Position numbers and translations under genes: made by a program
The notes under the pieces: generated by a model
What the model was told of the DNA's origin: nothing
Databases searched by the model: none
The model's input: the letters and a program-made list of their open reading frames with translations, nothing else
Source: an uncultured bacterium
Lineage (GTDB): Bacteria; Acidobacteriota; Thermoanaerobaculia; Multivoradales; JAHZIX01
Direction: 5' to 3'
Assembly (NCBI GenBank): GCA_965368975.1
Contig: CBDUPA010000003.1
Span: forward strand, 32,001 to 96,000
Length of the DNA: 64,000 bases
Shown here: one piece after another, positions 36,658 through 47,594 of the stretch
Layout of the letters: each line of letters begins with the position of its first letter
Position numbering within the stretch: the stretch's first letter is position 1

Positions 36658-36992
36658 CCCTTTCTTTCCTCCGCAACAGAAGCCCTCTTCTAGAGGAACA
36701 CGGAGGGAAGACTAGAACGACACAAGTTGTACCGGGCGTCTGACGCCGTTGGCCGTTCTCCCTCTCGGAGGCGGTGCTTTGCTGTGTCTGGAGTTCTTTT
36801 TTGGGCGTGGCTGGGATGCCGTGTCGACTTCCTGGACCTGTTCGCGACTTGTTGGTCGTGAGGTGCAGTCCGCCTGTTTCGAGGTCCAACCGGCAGCCGG
36901 CGAGAGTTCGAACCTGCAACCTGTCGCCCATTCTCCCCGTACCAAACTCGCTCCGTTTCCACACCCAGCGCGTCAAGATCGAGGAGAGATGC

Positions 36993-38276
36993 ATGCCGCC
37001 TACCCGAATCTGTCCGCCCTTCCGATCCGCCCTTCTCCTACTGCTGTCCCTGCTCCTGCTCCTTGCACCGTCCCGGGTCACCGCTTCCGAGCCCAGGTCC
37101 GAGCCCAGCCCCGCGCCCTCTGGCCAAGATGGTCACCGTTTCGATCCCGGCATCAGCATGGCTACACGCGCGCCGAGCGCTCCGCCGGAACTGGACCAGG
37201 CTCGCTTCCTTCTCGGTACCTGGCAGGTCCAGCAAACAGTCGGGTCGGGTGAGCAGGCACAGACCTCCAGCTGCGAAGCAGAGATCACGTATCTCAACCG
37301 CGGCCACGGCTTGGCCGAGCGCTTGCACTGCGACACCTTCCTCTCGGAGCAGCCCTTCGACGCGCTGGCCTTCCTGGTCTACAACTCGGCAGGACAAGTC
37401 TGGATGCTCGGGGAGGCGGATAGCTTCACGGAAAGCGCGCGGCTGTTGCACGGCTCTCTAGACGGCGAAGGGGCCTCTGCTGCGCTGACGCTGACGCATG
37501 CGGTAAGGCGTGGTGGGGGGCCGCAGCTGCGGCACTACCGTTTGACCTGGCGACCGACTCCGGTGTCTGGGGACGCTGAGGCCCCGGCGGGCCTCGAACA
37601 GGTCGTGGAAGCCTCGACAGACGATGGTAGCTCTTGGCAGCCAGTGCGAACGCGGCGCTATGTGCCGAGCGACGCTGTGCCGAGCGACGCTGTGCCGAGC
37701 GACGCCCCCGAGCCGGCGACGACCAGCGCCATGAACTTCGGCGCTCCGTCACCGAACCGTGCTCCGGAGGGCGGACAATTCGACTTCCTGATCGGCCGCT
37801 GGAACAAGCAGCAGGAGATCACGCTGCCGAACGGTCAGGTCGCCAAGTTCTCGGCGAACGGGACGGCGGTGCATGCGCTGGGTGGGCACGCGATCCTGGA
37901 GTTTCTCTCGTACGACATCGACCCCAACCTGCCCGACGCGGCGAATACGGTGCTGCGGGTCTACAATCGGGCGTTACGGCGCTGGGAGAATCTCTTCCTG
38001 AGCAACCGCAACAACAGCGTTCTGCACTTCGGCGGTGCGCAGGAAGGCGAAGGCGTGGATCGTGAGATCGTGCTACATCCGTTCGATGTCGACGCCAGCG
38101 GCAATCTGAGCTTCTACATCTTTCACGATATCCGCGACGGTGCCTACGAGTGGCACTCGAAAACGAGCACGGACCGCGGAGCGACGTTCAACAAGACGTG
38201 GATCATCTCGGCGCGTCGCGTCGAGCCGCCTGTACCGGAAGCCTCGACGCCCACCTCAGGCGCGACAGCGCCCTGA
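36993..38276 (+). CDS. Secreted protein with two DUF1579-like domains
   Basis: Start ATG 36993 after GAGGAG; signal peptide; duplicated ...FLLGTW / FDFLIGRW and STDDGSSW / STDRGATF. Confidence 0.65.
   Translation: MPPTRICPPFRSALLLLLSLLLLLAPSRVTASEPRSEPSPAPSGQDGHRFDPGISMATRAPSAPPELDQARFLLGTWQVQQTVGSGEQAQTSSCEAEITYLNRGHGLAERLHCDTFLSEQPFDALAFLVYNSAGQVWMLGEADSFTESARLLHGSLDGEGASAALTLTHAVRRGGGPQLRHYRLTWRPTPVSGDAEAPAGLEQVVEASTDDGSSWQPVRTRRYVPSDAVPSDAVPSDAPEPATTSAMNFGAPSPNRAPEGGQFDFLIGRWNKQQEITLPNGQVAKFSANGTAVHALGGHAILEFLSYDIDPNLPDAANTVLRVYNRALRRWENLFLSNRNNSVLHFGGAQEGEGVDREIVLHPFDVDASGNLSFYIFHDIRDGAYEWHSKTSTDRGATFNKTWIISARRVEPPVPEASTPTSGATAP
37662..37706 (+). repeat. 15-bp tandem repeat x3 (VPSDA)
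   Basis: GTGCCGAGCGACGCT, in the interdomain linker. Confidence 0.85.
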
Positions 38277-38279
38277 CGG

Positions 38280-38708
38280 CTACTCGGCCGGTGCCGCCAG
38301 CTTGGCAAACGGTTCCTTGAGCACCGGCGGCGTCTGGCACACCTTGCCGCCTTCACCGATCCACACGTGCTCCGTCGCTCCACGCACCAGGCGTTGCCCG
38401 TCGTGCGTCACTTCGTAGCGGAAGCGCAATCCGCGGCTCGACATGTGGTCGAGCCAGCACACCACCTTGACCGTCTGCCCGTACTTGGCCGAGGCCCCAT
38501 AGCGCACCTCGACCTTGGTGACGGCGAGTTGATACCCCAACTTCTCGATGTCGGCGTAGTGATAGCCGCTCTGGCTGCACAGCGCGGTGCGCGCCAGCTC
38601 GAACCAGACGATGTAGTTCGAATGATGGACCACGCCCATCTGGTCGGTTTCGGCGTAGCGGACTTCGACGTCGATTTCCGCGAGGGTGGCGGTGTTGGGT
38701 TTCGGCAT
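38280..38708 (-). CDS. Acyl-CoA thioesterase (YbgC/FadM hotdog family)
   Basis: VRYAETDQMGVVHHSNYIVWFELAR. Confidence 0.92.
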   Translation of the reverse strand: MPKPNTATLAEIDVEVRYAETDQMGVVHHSNYIVWFELARTALCSQSGYHYADIEKLGYQLAVTKVEVRYGASAKYGQTVKVVCWLDHMSSRGLRFRYEVTHDGQRLVRGATEHVWIGEGGKVCQTPPVLKEPFAKLAAPAE

Positions 38709-38726
38709 GGCCGGGGATTGTACCCG

Positions 38727-39473
38727 CTAGGACTCGGCTTGAGGAGGGCGTGACTTGCCGAAGCTGTAGCGGACGACCGTCCACAGGATCTTGTAGCCGG
38801 CGAGCACGGTGCCCTTGATCGTGCCCGTGATCTTCGAGACGCCAACCCGCTTGCGGTAGCGCACCGGGACCTCGGTCACCTTCAGCCCGTGCCGCAGTGC
38901 CTTGACTTGCATCTCGGCGGTCCAGCCGAAGTTCGGGTCTTCCATACGCAGCCGTTCGAGCGCTTGCCAGCGGATGGCACGGAAGGGGCCGAGGTCGGTG
39001 TAGCGGTGGCCGTAGAGTAGCCGGATGAGTAGGCAGGCGACCAGATTGCCGGCGCGCGCTTGCGGCAGCAGGGCACCGCGTTCGCGCTGGCCGAGGGTGC
39101 GCGAGCCAATGACCATATCCGCCTTGCCGTCGAGAATGGGGGCGATGACGTCGGGGAGTTCTTCCGGGTGGTCCGAATAGTCGGCGTCGAGGAAGACGAC
39201 GATGTCGGGTGGATCGTGGGCGCGCAGATGGGCGAGCCCAGCCAGGCAGGCGCTACCGTAGCCCTGGACGGGTGCCGGCACGACCACGGCGCCAGCGTCG
39301 CGGGCGACTTCGGCGGTGCGGTCGCGCGAGTTGTTGTCGGCGACCACGACGCGGCGTACCGGTGGGCGGGGGATGTCGGCGAGCACCTGGGGGAGCGAGG
39401 CTTCCTCGTTATAGGCGGGGATGACGACGTCGACGGTGGGCAAGTTGACTTGAGGTGAGGTCGGGGCAGGCAC
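38727..39473 (-). CDS. GT2 glycosyltransferase
   Basis: VVIPAYNEE, DNNSRD, FLDADYSD, TDLGPFRAI. Start reassigned to GTG 39473. Confidence 0.9.
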   Translation of the reverse strand: MPAPTSPQVNLPTVDVVIPAYNEEASLPQVLADIPRPPVRRVVVADNNSRDRTAEVARDAGAVVVPAPVQGYGSACLAGLAHLRAHDPPDIVVFLDADYSDHPEELPDVIAPILDGKADMVIGSRTLGQRERGALLPQARAGNLVACLLIRLLYGHRYTDLGPFRAIRWQALERLRMEDPNFGWTAEMQVKALRHGLKVTEVPVRYRKRVGVSKITGTIKGTVLAGYKILWTVVRYSFGKSRPPQAES

Positions 39474-39626
39474 GGCCGGATTGTACGGTATTCCGGCTGA
39501 AATGCACTCCACCTGACAGCGACGGTCGCCCCTTGGTAGTTGGTCGCCCCTTGCCTTGCAGGAACTGCCCGGCGGAGATACGGTAGGTGTACGCACAACG
39601 ACAGTACAGAACGGAGTGAGAGCACT

Positions 39627-40343
39627 ATGGACATTGCAAAAAAAGCTCTGGAAGTCGCTGAGGATGTGGCGGTCAAGGTGCACAAGGCGCCAGCGGGGTA
39701 CGACGAGGCATCGCTGCCCACGCTGGACGAGATCGGACCGAGCATTCCGACGGGATCCGTCTTGCTGTGCAGCGGCACGGCTGCCGAGAGTCGGTTGATC
39801 GAGGAGGTCGACGGGACGGATTTCAGCCACTCCGCGATCATTGTTCGCTTCCATGGGCAGGAACTGATGGTCTGGACGGCGGATACGGTCGACAAGTTGC
39901 CGGACCAGATTCACAAGATGGCCGATACCGATCATCCTGGGACGCATCTGCTGGTGCTGGCAGACTATCTCCGTGATCTCGACAAGCTGTACCCGTCACC
40001 GGATGGGTCGAACTACCGCTTCGCCGTGGCGCGACTGTTAGGGGTCCAGGTCGACGAGACGAGGCTCTGGAAGACGATGTACCAATACGACGGCACGCCG
40101 TTTCCGCCCACCGCGCAGGAGTTCAAGCATTTCCTCGAGGGCCAGCTCGATGTCGACTCGGGCATGACCAACTCCTTTTGCGCTCAGATGGTGGCGGCCA
40201 CGTATCAGAAGATGGGCTGGTTGAGCACCGAGCATCCGCCCAACTACTACAGCCCAGGATCGTGGGCCAAGACCGACAAGATCAACGAGGACATGCTTGG
40301 TGACGCGCGCTTGGATGAACCCCAATACTTCAAGCTGGGCTGA
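39627..40343 (+). CDS. Permuted papain-like NlpC/P60 (YiiX/YebB-like) protein
   Basis: GSVLL...FSHSAI (His) precedes SFCAQMVAATY (Cys), followed by ...YSPG. Start ATG 39627. Confidence 0.7.
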   Translation: MDIAKKALEVAEDVAVKVHKAPAGYDEASLPTLDEIGPSIPTGSVLLCSGTAAESRLIEEVDGTDFSHSAIIVRFHGQELMVWTADTVDKLPDQIHKMADTDHPGTHLLVLADYLRDLDKLYPSPDGSNYRFAVARLLGVQVDETRLWKTMYQYDGTPFPPTAQEFKHFLEGQLDVDSGMTNSFCAQMVAATYQKMGWLSTEHPPNYYSPGSWAKTDKINEDMLGDARLDEPQYFKLG

Positions 40344-40400
40344 CTTCGAGCTGGGCTGATTTCGAGCTGGGCTGACTTCAAGCTGGGCTGCCCTCGAGCT
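40328..40400 (+). repeat. 16-bp tandem repeat x4.5 (CTTCRAGCTGGGCTGA) overlapping a stop codon
   Basis: Units at 40328, 40344, 40360 and 40376, plus a partial unit at 40392. Confidence 0.9.
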
Positions 40401-40560
40401 TGCGGGGAGGTTCGGAGGGACTCGCGGTGCGTGGCTAGCTCTCCGTGGTACTCTTGCGCCCCCTGAAGCACGCACGGACCCGGTGTGTGGCCCAAACCCT
40501 CCGACGCTTGACTCTCGATACGAACGCTTGACGCCCCAACCTTCGACGTACCAGTCCCCT

Positions 40561-41079
40561 ATGCCCATCTACCCCTACCACGACCGGGTGCCCCGCATCG
40601 GCGAGCGCGTGTTCATCGCGCCGACGGCGATTGTGGCGGGCGACGTGGAACTGGGGGACGATGTGTCGATCTGGTTCGGTACGGTGGCCCGCGGCGATGT
40701 CCACTACATCCGTGTCGGGGCCGAGACGAATATTCAAGACGGCTGTATGCTGCACGTGAGCTACAAGACGCATCCGCTGGTCATCGGCGAGCGAGTGGTG
40801 GTCGGGCACCATGCGGTGCTGCACGGCTGTACCGTCGAGGACGGAGCGCTGATCGGGATCGGTGCCCGCGTGCTCGATGGGGCGGTGGTGGAGGCCGGAG
40901 CGCAAGTGGCGGCCGGGGCGCTGGTGGCACCGGGCAAGGTGGTGCCGGCGGGGCAGCTGGTGATGGGGGTGCCGGCCAAGCCAGTGCGGGCGTTGAGCGA
41001 CGACGAGAAGGCCGCGATCGGCACCAACTGCGACCGCTATCTACAAGTCAAAGACGAGTATCTGCGCAACCTGGGCTAA
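40561..41079 (+). CDS. Gamma-carbonic-anhydrase-like hexapeptide-repeat protein (YrdA-like)
   Basis: RGDV..IRVG..TNIQDGCMLH, VGHHAVLHGC. Confidence 0.92.
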   Translation: MPIYPYHDRVPRIGERVFIAPTAIVAGDVELGDDVSIWFGTVARGDVHYIRVGAETNIQDGCMLHVSYKTHPLVIGERVVVGHHAVLHGCTVEDGALIGIGARVLDGAVVEAGAQVAAGALVAPGKVVPAGQLVMGVPAKPVRALSDDEKAAIGTNCDRYLQVKDEYLRNLG

Positions 41080-41141
41080 TCCCGGCTGCGTTCGGCGGTG
41101 CCTGCGGGGCAGGTACCGTGTATGGATGGAGAAAGAGCTGT

Positions 41142-43016
<1,875 letters not shown>

Positions 43017-43017
43017 C

Positions 43018-44148
43018 GTGCCGAGCCGCAATGGATCGGTCGAGGAATTGCGGCTGTGCCAGCCGCAGGGCGAGACGACCGTGCTCGCCGGTGCCGGGGC
43101 GCTGCCTGCGGCACGGCCAAGGCTGGAGCCGTGGCTGGATGGGCGCACCGTCTTCGTGGTCACCACGCCGCACGTCTGGCAGTTGCATGGCGCTGGCCTC
43201 GAACCATTCCTGAGCCGCGCCGCGCGCACCGTGGTGCTGGAGGTGGCGGAGGGTGAGGCCGCCAAGACGCTGGAGGTGGCCGGCGACCTGTGGCAGCGGC
43301 TGCTGGCCGAGGGCGGCAAGCGCGACAGCCGGCTCGTCACCTTCGGGGGCGGTAGCGTTGGGGACCTCGGCGGTTTCGTCGCCGGTTGTTTTCTGCGCGG
43401 CATCGAGTACGCGCAGCTGCCGACGACGCTGCTGGCGCAGGTCGACGCGGCGCTGGGCGGCAAGACGGCGGTGGATTTGCCGGGGGCCAAGAACAGCGTC
43501 GGGTTGTTTCACCATCCAAAGCTGGTGATCGAGGATGCTGACTGGCTGGTGACGCTGCCGCGCGCCGAGATCCGGGCTGCTCTGGCCGAGGTGGTCAAGA
43601 TGGCGGCGCTGCTCGATCTCGAGCTATTGGTGCGCGTCGAACGTGACCTGGCGGCTCTGCTGGCGGGGGAGCCGGAGCCGCTCGGGCCGGTGGTCGTCGC
43701 CGCCGCGCGCGCCAAGCTGGGGGTCGTCGAGCGCGATCCGGATGAGCAGGACGAGCGGCGGTTGCTCAACTTCGGCCACACGCTGGCGCATGCCCTGGAG
43801 GCGCAGCTCGGCTATCAGGGACTGCGTCATGGCGATGCGGTGGCCTACGGCATGCTGTTCGCTCTGCGCTTGGCGGTCGAGCGCGGTCTCGACGCGGATT
43901 TTGCGGCTCGCCTGCGTGCGCTCTTGCGCCGCTTCGAGTTGCCCCAACTGGTGACCCCGGAGACACGCGAGCGGCTGCGACCGGCAGATCTGCTGGTGGC
44001 CATGGCGCGCGACAAGAAGGCGCGCGAGAGTGGGTTGGTGTGGGTGTTGCCGGCGGCGTCTGGGCGAGGAGAGATGGTGTCGGGGATCGACCAGGATACG
44101 GTAGACCTGCACCTGCAGGCGTTTCTCGCTGATCCTCTCGGGGCCTGA
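43018..44148 (+). CDS. aroB: 3-dehydroquinate synthase
   Basis: GGGSVGDLGGF, PTTLLAQVDAALGGKT, LLNFGHTLAHALE, HGDAVAYG. Confidence 0.95.
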   Translation: MPSRNGSVEELRLCQPQGETTVLAGAGALPAARPRLEPWLDGRTVFVVTTPHVWQLHGAGLEPFLSRAARTVVLEVAEGEAAKTLEVAGDLWQRLLAEGGKRDSRLVTFGGGSVGDLGGFVAGCFLRGIEYAQLPTTLLAQVDAALGGKTAVDLPGAKNSVGLFHHPKLVIEDADWLVTLPRAEIRAALAEVVKMAALLDLELLVRVERDLAALLAGEPEPLGPVVVAAARAKLGVVERDPDEQDERRLLNFGHTLAHALEAQLGYQGLRHGDAVAYGMLFALRLAVERGLDADFAARLRALLRRFELPQLVTPETRERLRPADLLVAMARDKKARESGLVWVLPAASGRGEMVSGIDQDTVDLHLQAFLADPLGA

Positions 44149-44369
44149 GATACTGGCACGGCCCGCTAGGCCGGTGCTGGAGAGCAGGGAAGGCGACTTG
44201 CCAGCACCCCCCGCCTTGGGGGAAGATGCGGCTTTCATGGCTGGCTGGTTTTCATGCCTGAGTTTCTTGACTGAACCTCATTATCTTGGCTGATCTGGCC
44301 AAACTGGTGTAGCAACCGCCGTATAATGCGCAACAGGCCTGTCACTCGCCGTGGCCAGGCCGGGAATCC

Positions 44370-46139
44370 ATGACGCGCCGACTGAAGCTCCGCCACTTCC
44401 TGCTGATCCTCATCTTGTTCGCCGGGGTCGTCCCTCTGGCGATCAACGTTGCCGTGCTCTATGGGCCCAACCTGGAGATCCTGCAGAAGAAGGAAGAGAT
44501 CGACCTGACGCGCTTGGCGTCGGGGATTTCGCAGGAATTCAACGGCTACCTGGTCAATGCTCGCCGCGAACTCGAGATGGTGGGCAAGACGCTGGTCATG
44601 GCACCGGGGCCGAGCTTGATCGAGGACCGCCTGCGCCAGGATTGGGTGATCAACTACCTGGAGAACGTGCACAGGGAAAACTCCGGTAGTGGCTGGTCGG
44701 CGCTGTCGGTGCGCGATGTCGTCGGCGAAGGACCGCGTTTTGCCGATCAGCTCTCCGGCGCCCAGAACCAGGCACTCGAGGGTGGTTTCCAGCAGAGTCT
44801 GAGCGAGAACAAGCCCAACTACCGGCTGGTCGGGGCGCGCGACGATGGCGGCGAGCTTTCGGTGGTGGTGTCGGTGCCGCTGTGGCTGCAAGGAACGCAG
44901 CCGCTACTGGTGCTGCAGGCGGTGGTGCAGCCGCAGCGTCTGCGCGAGCTGGCGACCAGTGAGGATCGCCAGGAACAGGCGTTCTTGATCGATGCCGGCG
45001 GCAATGTCGTGTGGTCGCGCGGTGCCTCGCCGGAGACCGAGCGTGCGATGGTCAGTTCACCGCCGGTCCAGAGCTTTGTCGACATGCCGCTGCCGCAGAC
45101 CACCAAGTACGACCTGGTGGTGGATGGCAAGGACCCGGAAGGCATGATCGGCATCGTCAGCCCGATCACGGAAGCCGGCTGGGGCGTGGTCGTGCACAAG
45201 CCGGAAGCAGCCGCCTACCGCACCCTCAACCGCATGGTGGCGCGCACGACGCTGTCGAGCGGCATCTTGGTGCTGCTGGCTCTGGTGATCGCGTTCCTGG
45301 CGTCGAAGTGGATCGGCCAACCGATCCAGCGTCTGGCCGAAGGTACCCACGCCATCGCCCAGGGTAACTTCAAGAGCCGCGTCGACACCGGCGGGCTGCG
45401 CTTCGAGCTAGCGGATCTGGCGCAGGACTTCAACGCCATGGGCGGTCACGTCGAGCGCTACGTCGAGCAGCTCAAGCAGGCCGCGCAGGCCAATCGCGAT
45501 CTGTTCATCGGCTCGCTGCGCGCGTTTACCGCCGCCATCGATGCCAAGGACCCGTACACGCGCGGTCACTCCGAGCGCGTCGCCGCCTTCAGCCGCGTCA
45601 TCGCGCGCCAGCTGGGGCAGCCGGACGACTTCCAGAATCGCTTGTGGATCGCCGCCCTGATGCATGACGTCGGCAAGATCGGCATCGAGGATCACGTGCT
45701 CAAGAAGGGTGGCGTGCTGACGCCCGAGGAGTACGAGCAAATGAAGCTGCACACCGTCATCGGCGCCGAGATCATTGGGCCGATCGAGCAGCTCAAGGAA
45801 GCTGTGCCGGTGGTGCGCTGGCACCACGAAGCGTGGAACGGCCGCGGCTATCCGGACGGCATCAAGGGTGAGCAGATTCCGTTGATGGCCCGCATCGTTG
45901 GCGTCGCCGACACCTTCGACGCCATCACCACCAACCGGCCCTACCAGAAGGCCTACACCATCGACTACGCGGTCGAGACCATCACCAAGCTGACCGGTGC
46001 CCGCTTCGACGCCAAGGTCGTCACCGCCTTCCTGCGCGCCGTCGACAAAGGCGAGATCCAACGTCACATGCAGCGGCCGGAGAGCAGCCCCGCACACAAG
46101 GCGGCGCAGGTGCAGGTGCAGGCGGCGGCCGGGCGCTAA
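44370..46139 (+). CDS. Membrane HD-GYP phosphodiesterase with Cache-like sensor and HAMP domain
   Basis: Two TM segments; DAKDPYTRGHSERV, LMHDVGKIG, HHEAWNGRGYPDG. Confidence 0.92.
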   Translation: MTRRLKLRHFLLILILFAGVVPLAINVAVLYGPNLEILQKKEEIDLTRLASGISQEFNGYLVNARRELEMVGKTLVMAPGPSLIEDRLRQDWVINYLENVHRENSGSGWSALSVRDVVGEGPRFADQLSGAQNQALEGGFQQSLSENKPNYRLVGARDDGGELSVVVSVPLWLQGTQPLLVLQAVVQPQRLRELATSEDRQEQAFLIDAGGNVVWSRGASPETERAMVSSPPVQSFVDMPLPQTTKYDLVVDGKDPEGMIGIVSPITEAGWGVVVHKPEAAAYRTLNRMVARTTLSSGILVLLALVIAFLASKWIGQPIQRLAEGTHAIAQGNFKSRVDTGGLRFELADLAQDFNAMGGHVERYVEQLKQAAQANRDLFIGSLRAFTAAIDAKDPYTRGHSERVAAFSRVIARQLGQPDDFQNRLWIAALMHDVGKIGIEDHVLKKGGVLTPEEYEQMKLHTVIGAEIIGPIEQLKEAVPVVRWHHEAWNGRGYPDGIKGEQIPLMARIVGVADTFDAITTNRPYQKAYTIDYAVETITKLTGARFDAKVVTAFLRAVDKGEIQRHMQRPESSPAHKAAQVQVQAAAGR

Positions 46140-46154
46140 GGGAGGGAGAGTGAG

Positions 46155-46526
46155 ATGAAAGAGATGCCGTTCCAAAAGACGCTGCGGCGCTTGCTGAAGA
46201 ACAATGAGGGCGGCCTCGGTGTGCTCTTCCTCGACGAAACAGGCGAAGCGGTCGACTACGCGTGCGACGACTTCACCGCCTACGAGCTGCGGGTGGTTGG
46301 GGCTTACGTGCGCATCTACCTGCGCCAGATCGAGAAGTTCCTCGAAGACACCCAGCTCGGGGACCCTCGGGTCATCCACATCACCAAGGACAACCTCTAC
46401 ATCTACGCCGTGCCCTTGCCGGAAGAGTATGCCCTGGCTTTCGTGCAGCGCCGGCCGGCGCTGGTGGCCAAGGCGATCGACGGTCTCGCCGAGGCCAGCG
46501 CCGCGCTACGCGCCGAGCTGTTCTAG
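46155..46526 (+). CDS. Roadblock/LC7 (MglB-like) protein
   Basis: F...LRRLL...GGLGVLFLDETGEAV; ~120 aa alpha/beta pattern. Confidence 0.65.
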   Translation: MKEMPFQKTLRRLLKNNEGGLGVLFLDETGEAVDYACDDFTAYELRVVGAYVRIYLRQIEKFLEDTQLGDPRVIHITKDNLYIYAVPLPEEYALAFVQRRPALVAKAIDGLAEASAALRAELF

Positions 46527-46593
46527 GCGATCCCCTCGGGTAGGACGTGTACGGACTTGCCTTGCGGACAACCATCGTCCGCGCCGAGACTCC

Positions 46594-47568
46594 ATGACTG
46601 AACAATCTGACGAATACCTGGACCTGGCGCCGGAAGCCCGGCTGCCGGAGGCTGAGAAGAAGGGGTTCTGGGGCAAGCTCAAGCGCGGCTTGCTGATGAC
46701 CCACACGGAGCTGATCGACAAGGTCAGCGCCGCCGTCGAGGGCCGCACGACGCTCGACGAGGAGACCTTGGAGCACCTGGAAGAGGTGCTGATCGGTGCC
46801 GACATCGGCGTCGAGACCGCGCTCGAGCTGGTCGAGAGCATCAAGGGCCAGGTCAAACCCGGCCAGGCTGGCGACGTGCTGTTGCTGCGCCAGCTGCTGG
46901 TCGACGAGATCGCCGTCTTGCTGCTCGACGCTCCGCAGCCCCAGCCACGCGGCGAGCAACCGATGGTGACGCTGGTGGTGGGGGTCAATGGTGTCGGCAA
47001 GACGACCTCGATCGCCAAGCTCGGGCGTCTATACGGCCTGCGCGGCGAGAAAGTGCTGCTGGCCGCGGGCGATACCTTTCGCGCTGCCGCGATCGAACAG
47101 CTCGAAACCTGGGGTGACCGTCTGGGTGTCCAGGTGGTGCGGCAGAAGGCGGGTTCCGATCCGGCGGCCGTGGTCTACGATGCGCTGCAGGCGGCGAAGG
47201 CGCGCAAGGTCGATCACCTGGTCGTCGATACCGCCGGCCGACTGCACACCAAAGAGAATCTGATGCAGGAGCTGGCCAAGATCCGCCGCGTGGTCGGGCG
47301 CGAGGCCGAGGGCTGGCGCTGCCGCACCGTCCTGGTGCTCGACGCCACGACCGGCCAGAACGCCATCACGCAGGCGCGCCAGTTCCAGCAGATCGCCGAG
47401 GCCGACGGCGTCATCCTGACCAAGATGGATGGCACCGCCAAGGGGGGCATGGCGGTCGCGGTGGCGCGCGAGCTGCGCTTGCCGGTACTCTTCCTCGGCG
47501 TCGGTGAAGGCATGGACGACCTGGTGGAGTTCCGGCCTCGCGAGTTCGCCGCCGCGCTGATCGGCTGA
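46594..47568 (+). CDS. ftsY: Signal recognition particle receptor FtsY
   Basis: GVNGVGKTTSIAKL, DTFRAAA, DTAGRLHT, TKMDGTAKGG. Confidence 0.97.
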   Translation: MTEQSDEYLDLAPEARLPEAEKKGFWGKLKRGLLMTHTELIDKVSAAVEGRTTLDEETLEHLEEVLIGADIGVETALELVESIKGQVKPGQAGDVLLLRQLLVDEIAVLLLDAPQPQPRGEQPMVTLVVGVNGVGKTTSIAKLGRLYGLRGEKVLLAAGDTFRAAAIEQLETWGDRLGVQVVRQKAGSDPAAVVYDALQAAKARKVDHLVVDTAGRLHTKENLMQELAKIRRVVGREAEGWRCRTVLVLDATTGQNAITQARQFQQIAEADGVILTKMDGTAKGGMAVAVARELRLPVLFLGVGEGMDDLVEFRPREFAAALIG

Positions 47569-47594
47569 GCCGCTTGGCAGGAGGACGGTACGCC

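Noticed and set aside
36880-36935. GGTTCGAA T-loop-like sequence (minus strand) suggesting a tRNA
   Set aside because: Flanks do not form a T-stem, and no acceptor or anticodon arms can be built.
40328-40400. Possible CRISPR array
   Set aside because: 16-bp units are directly adjacent with no spacers, and there are no cas genes.
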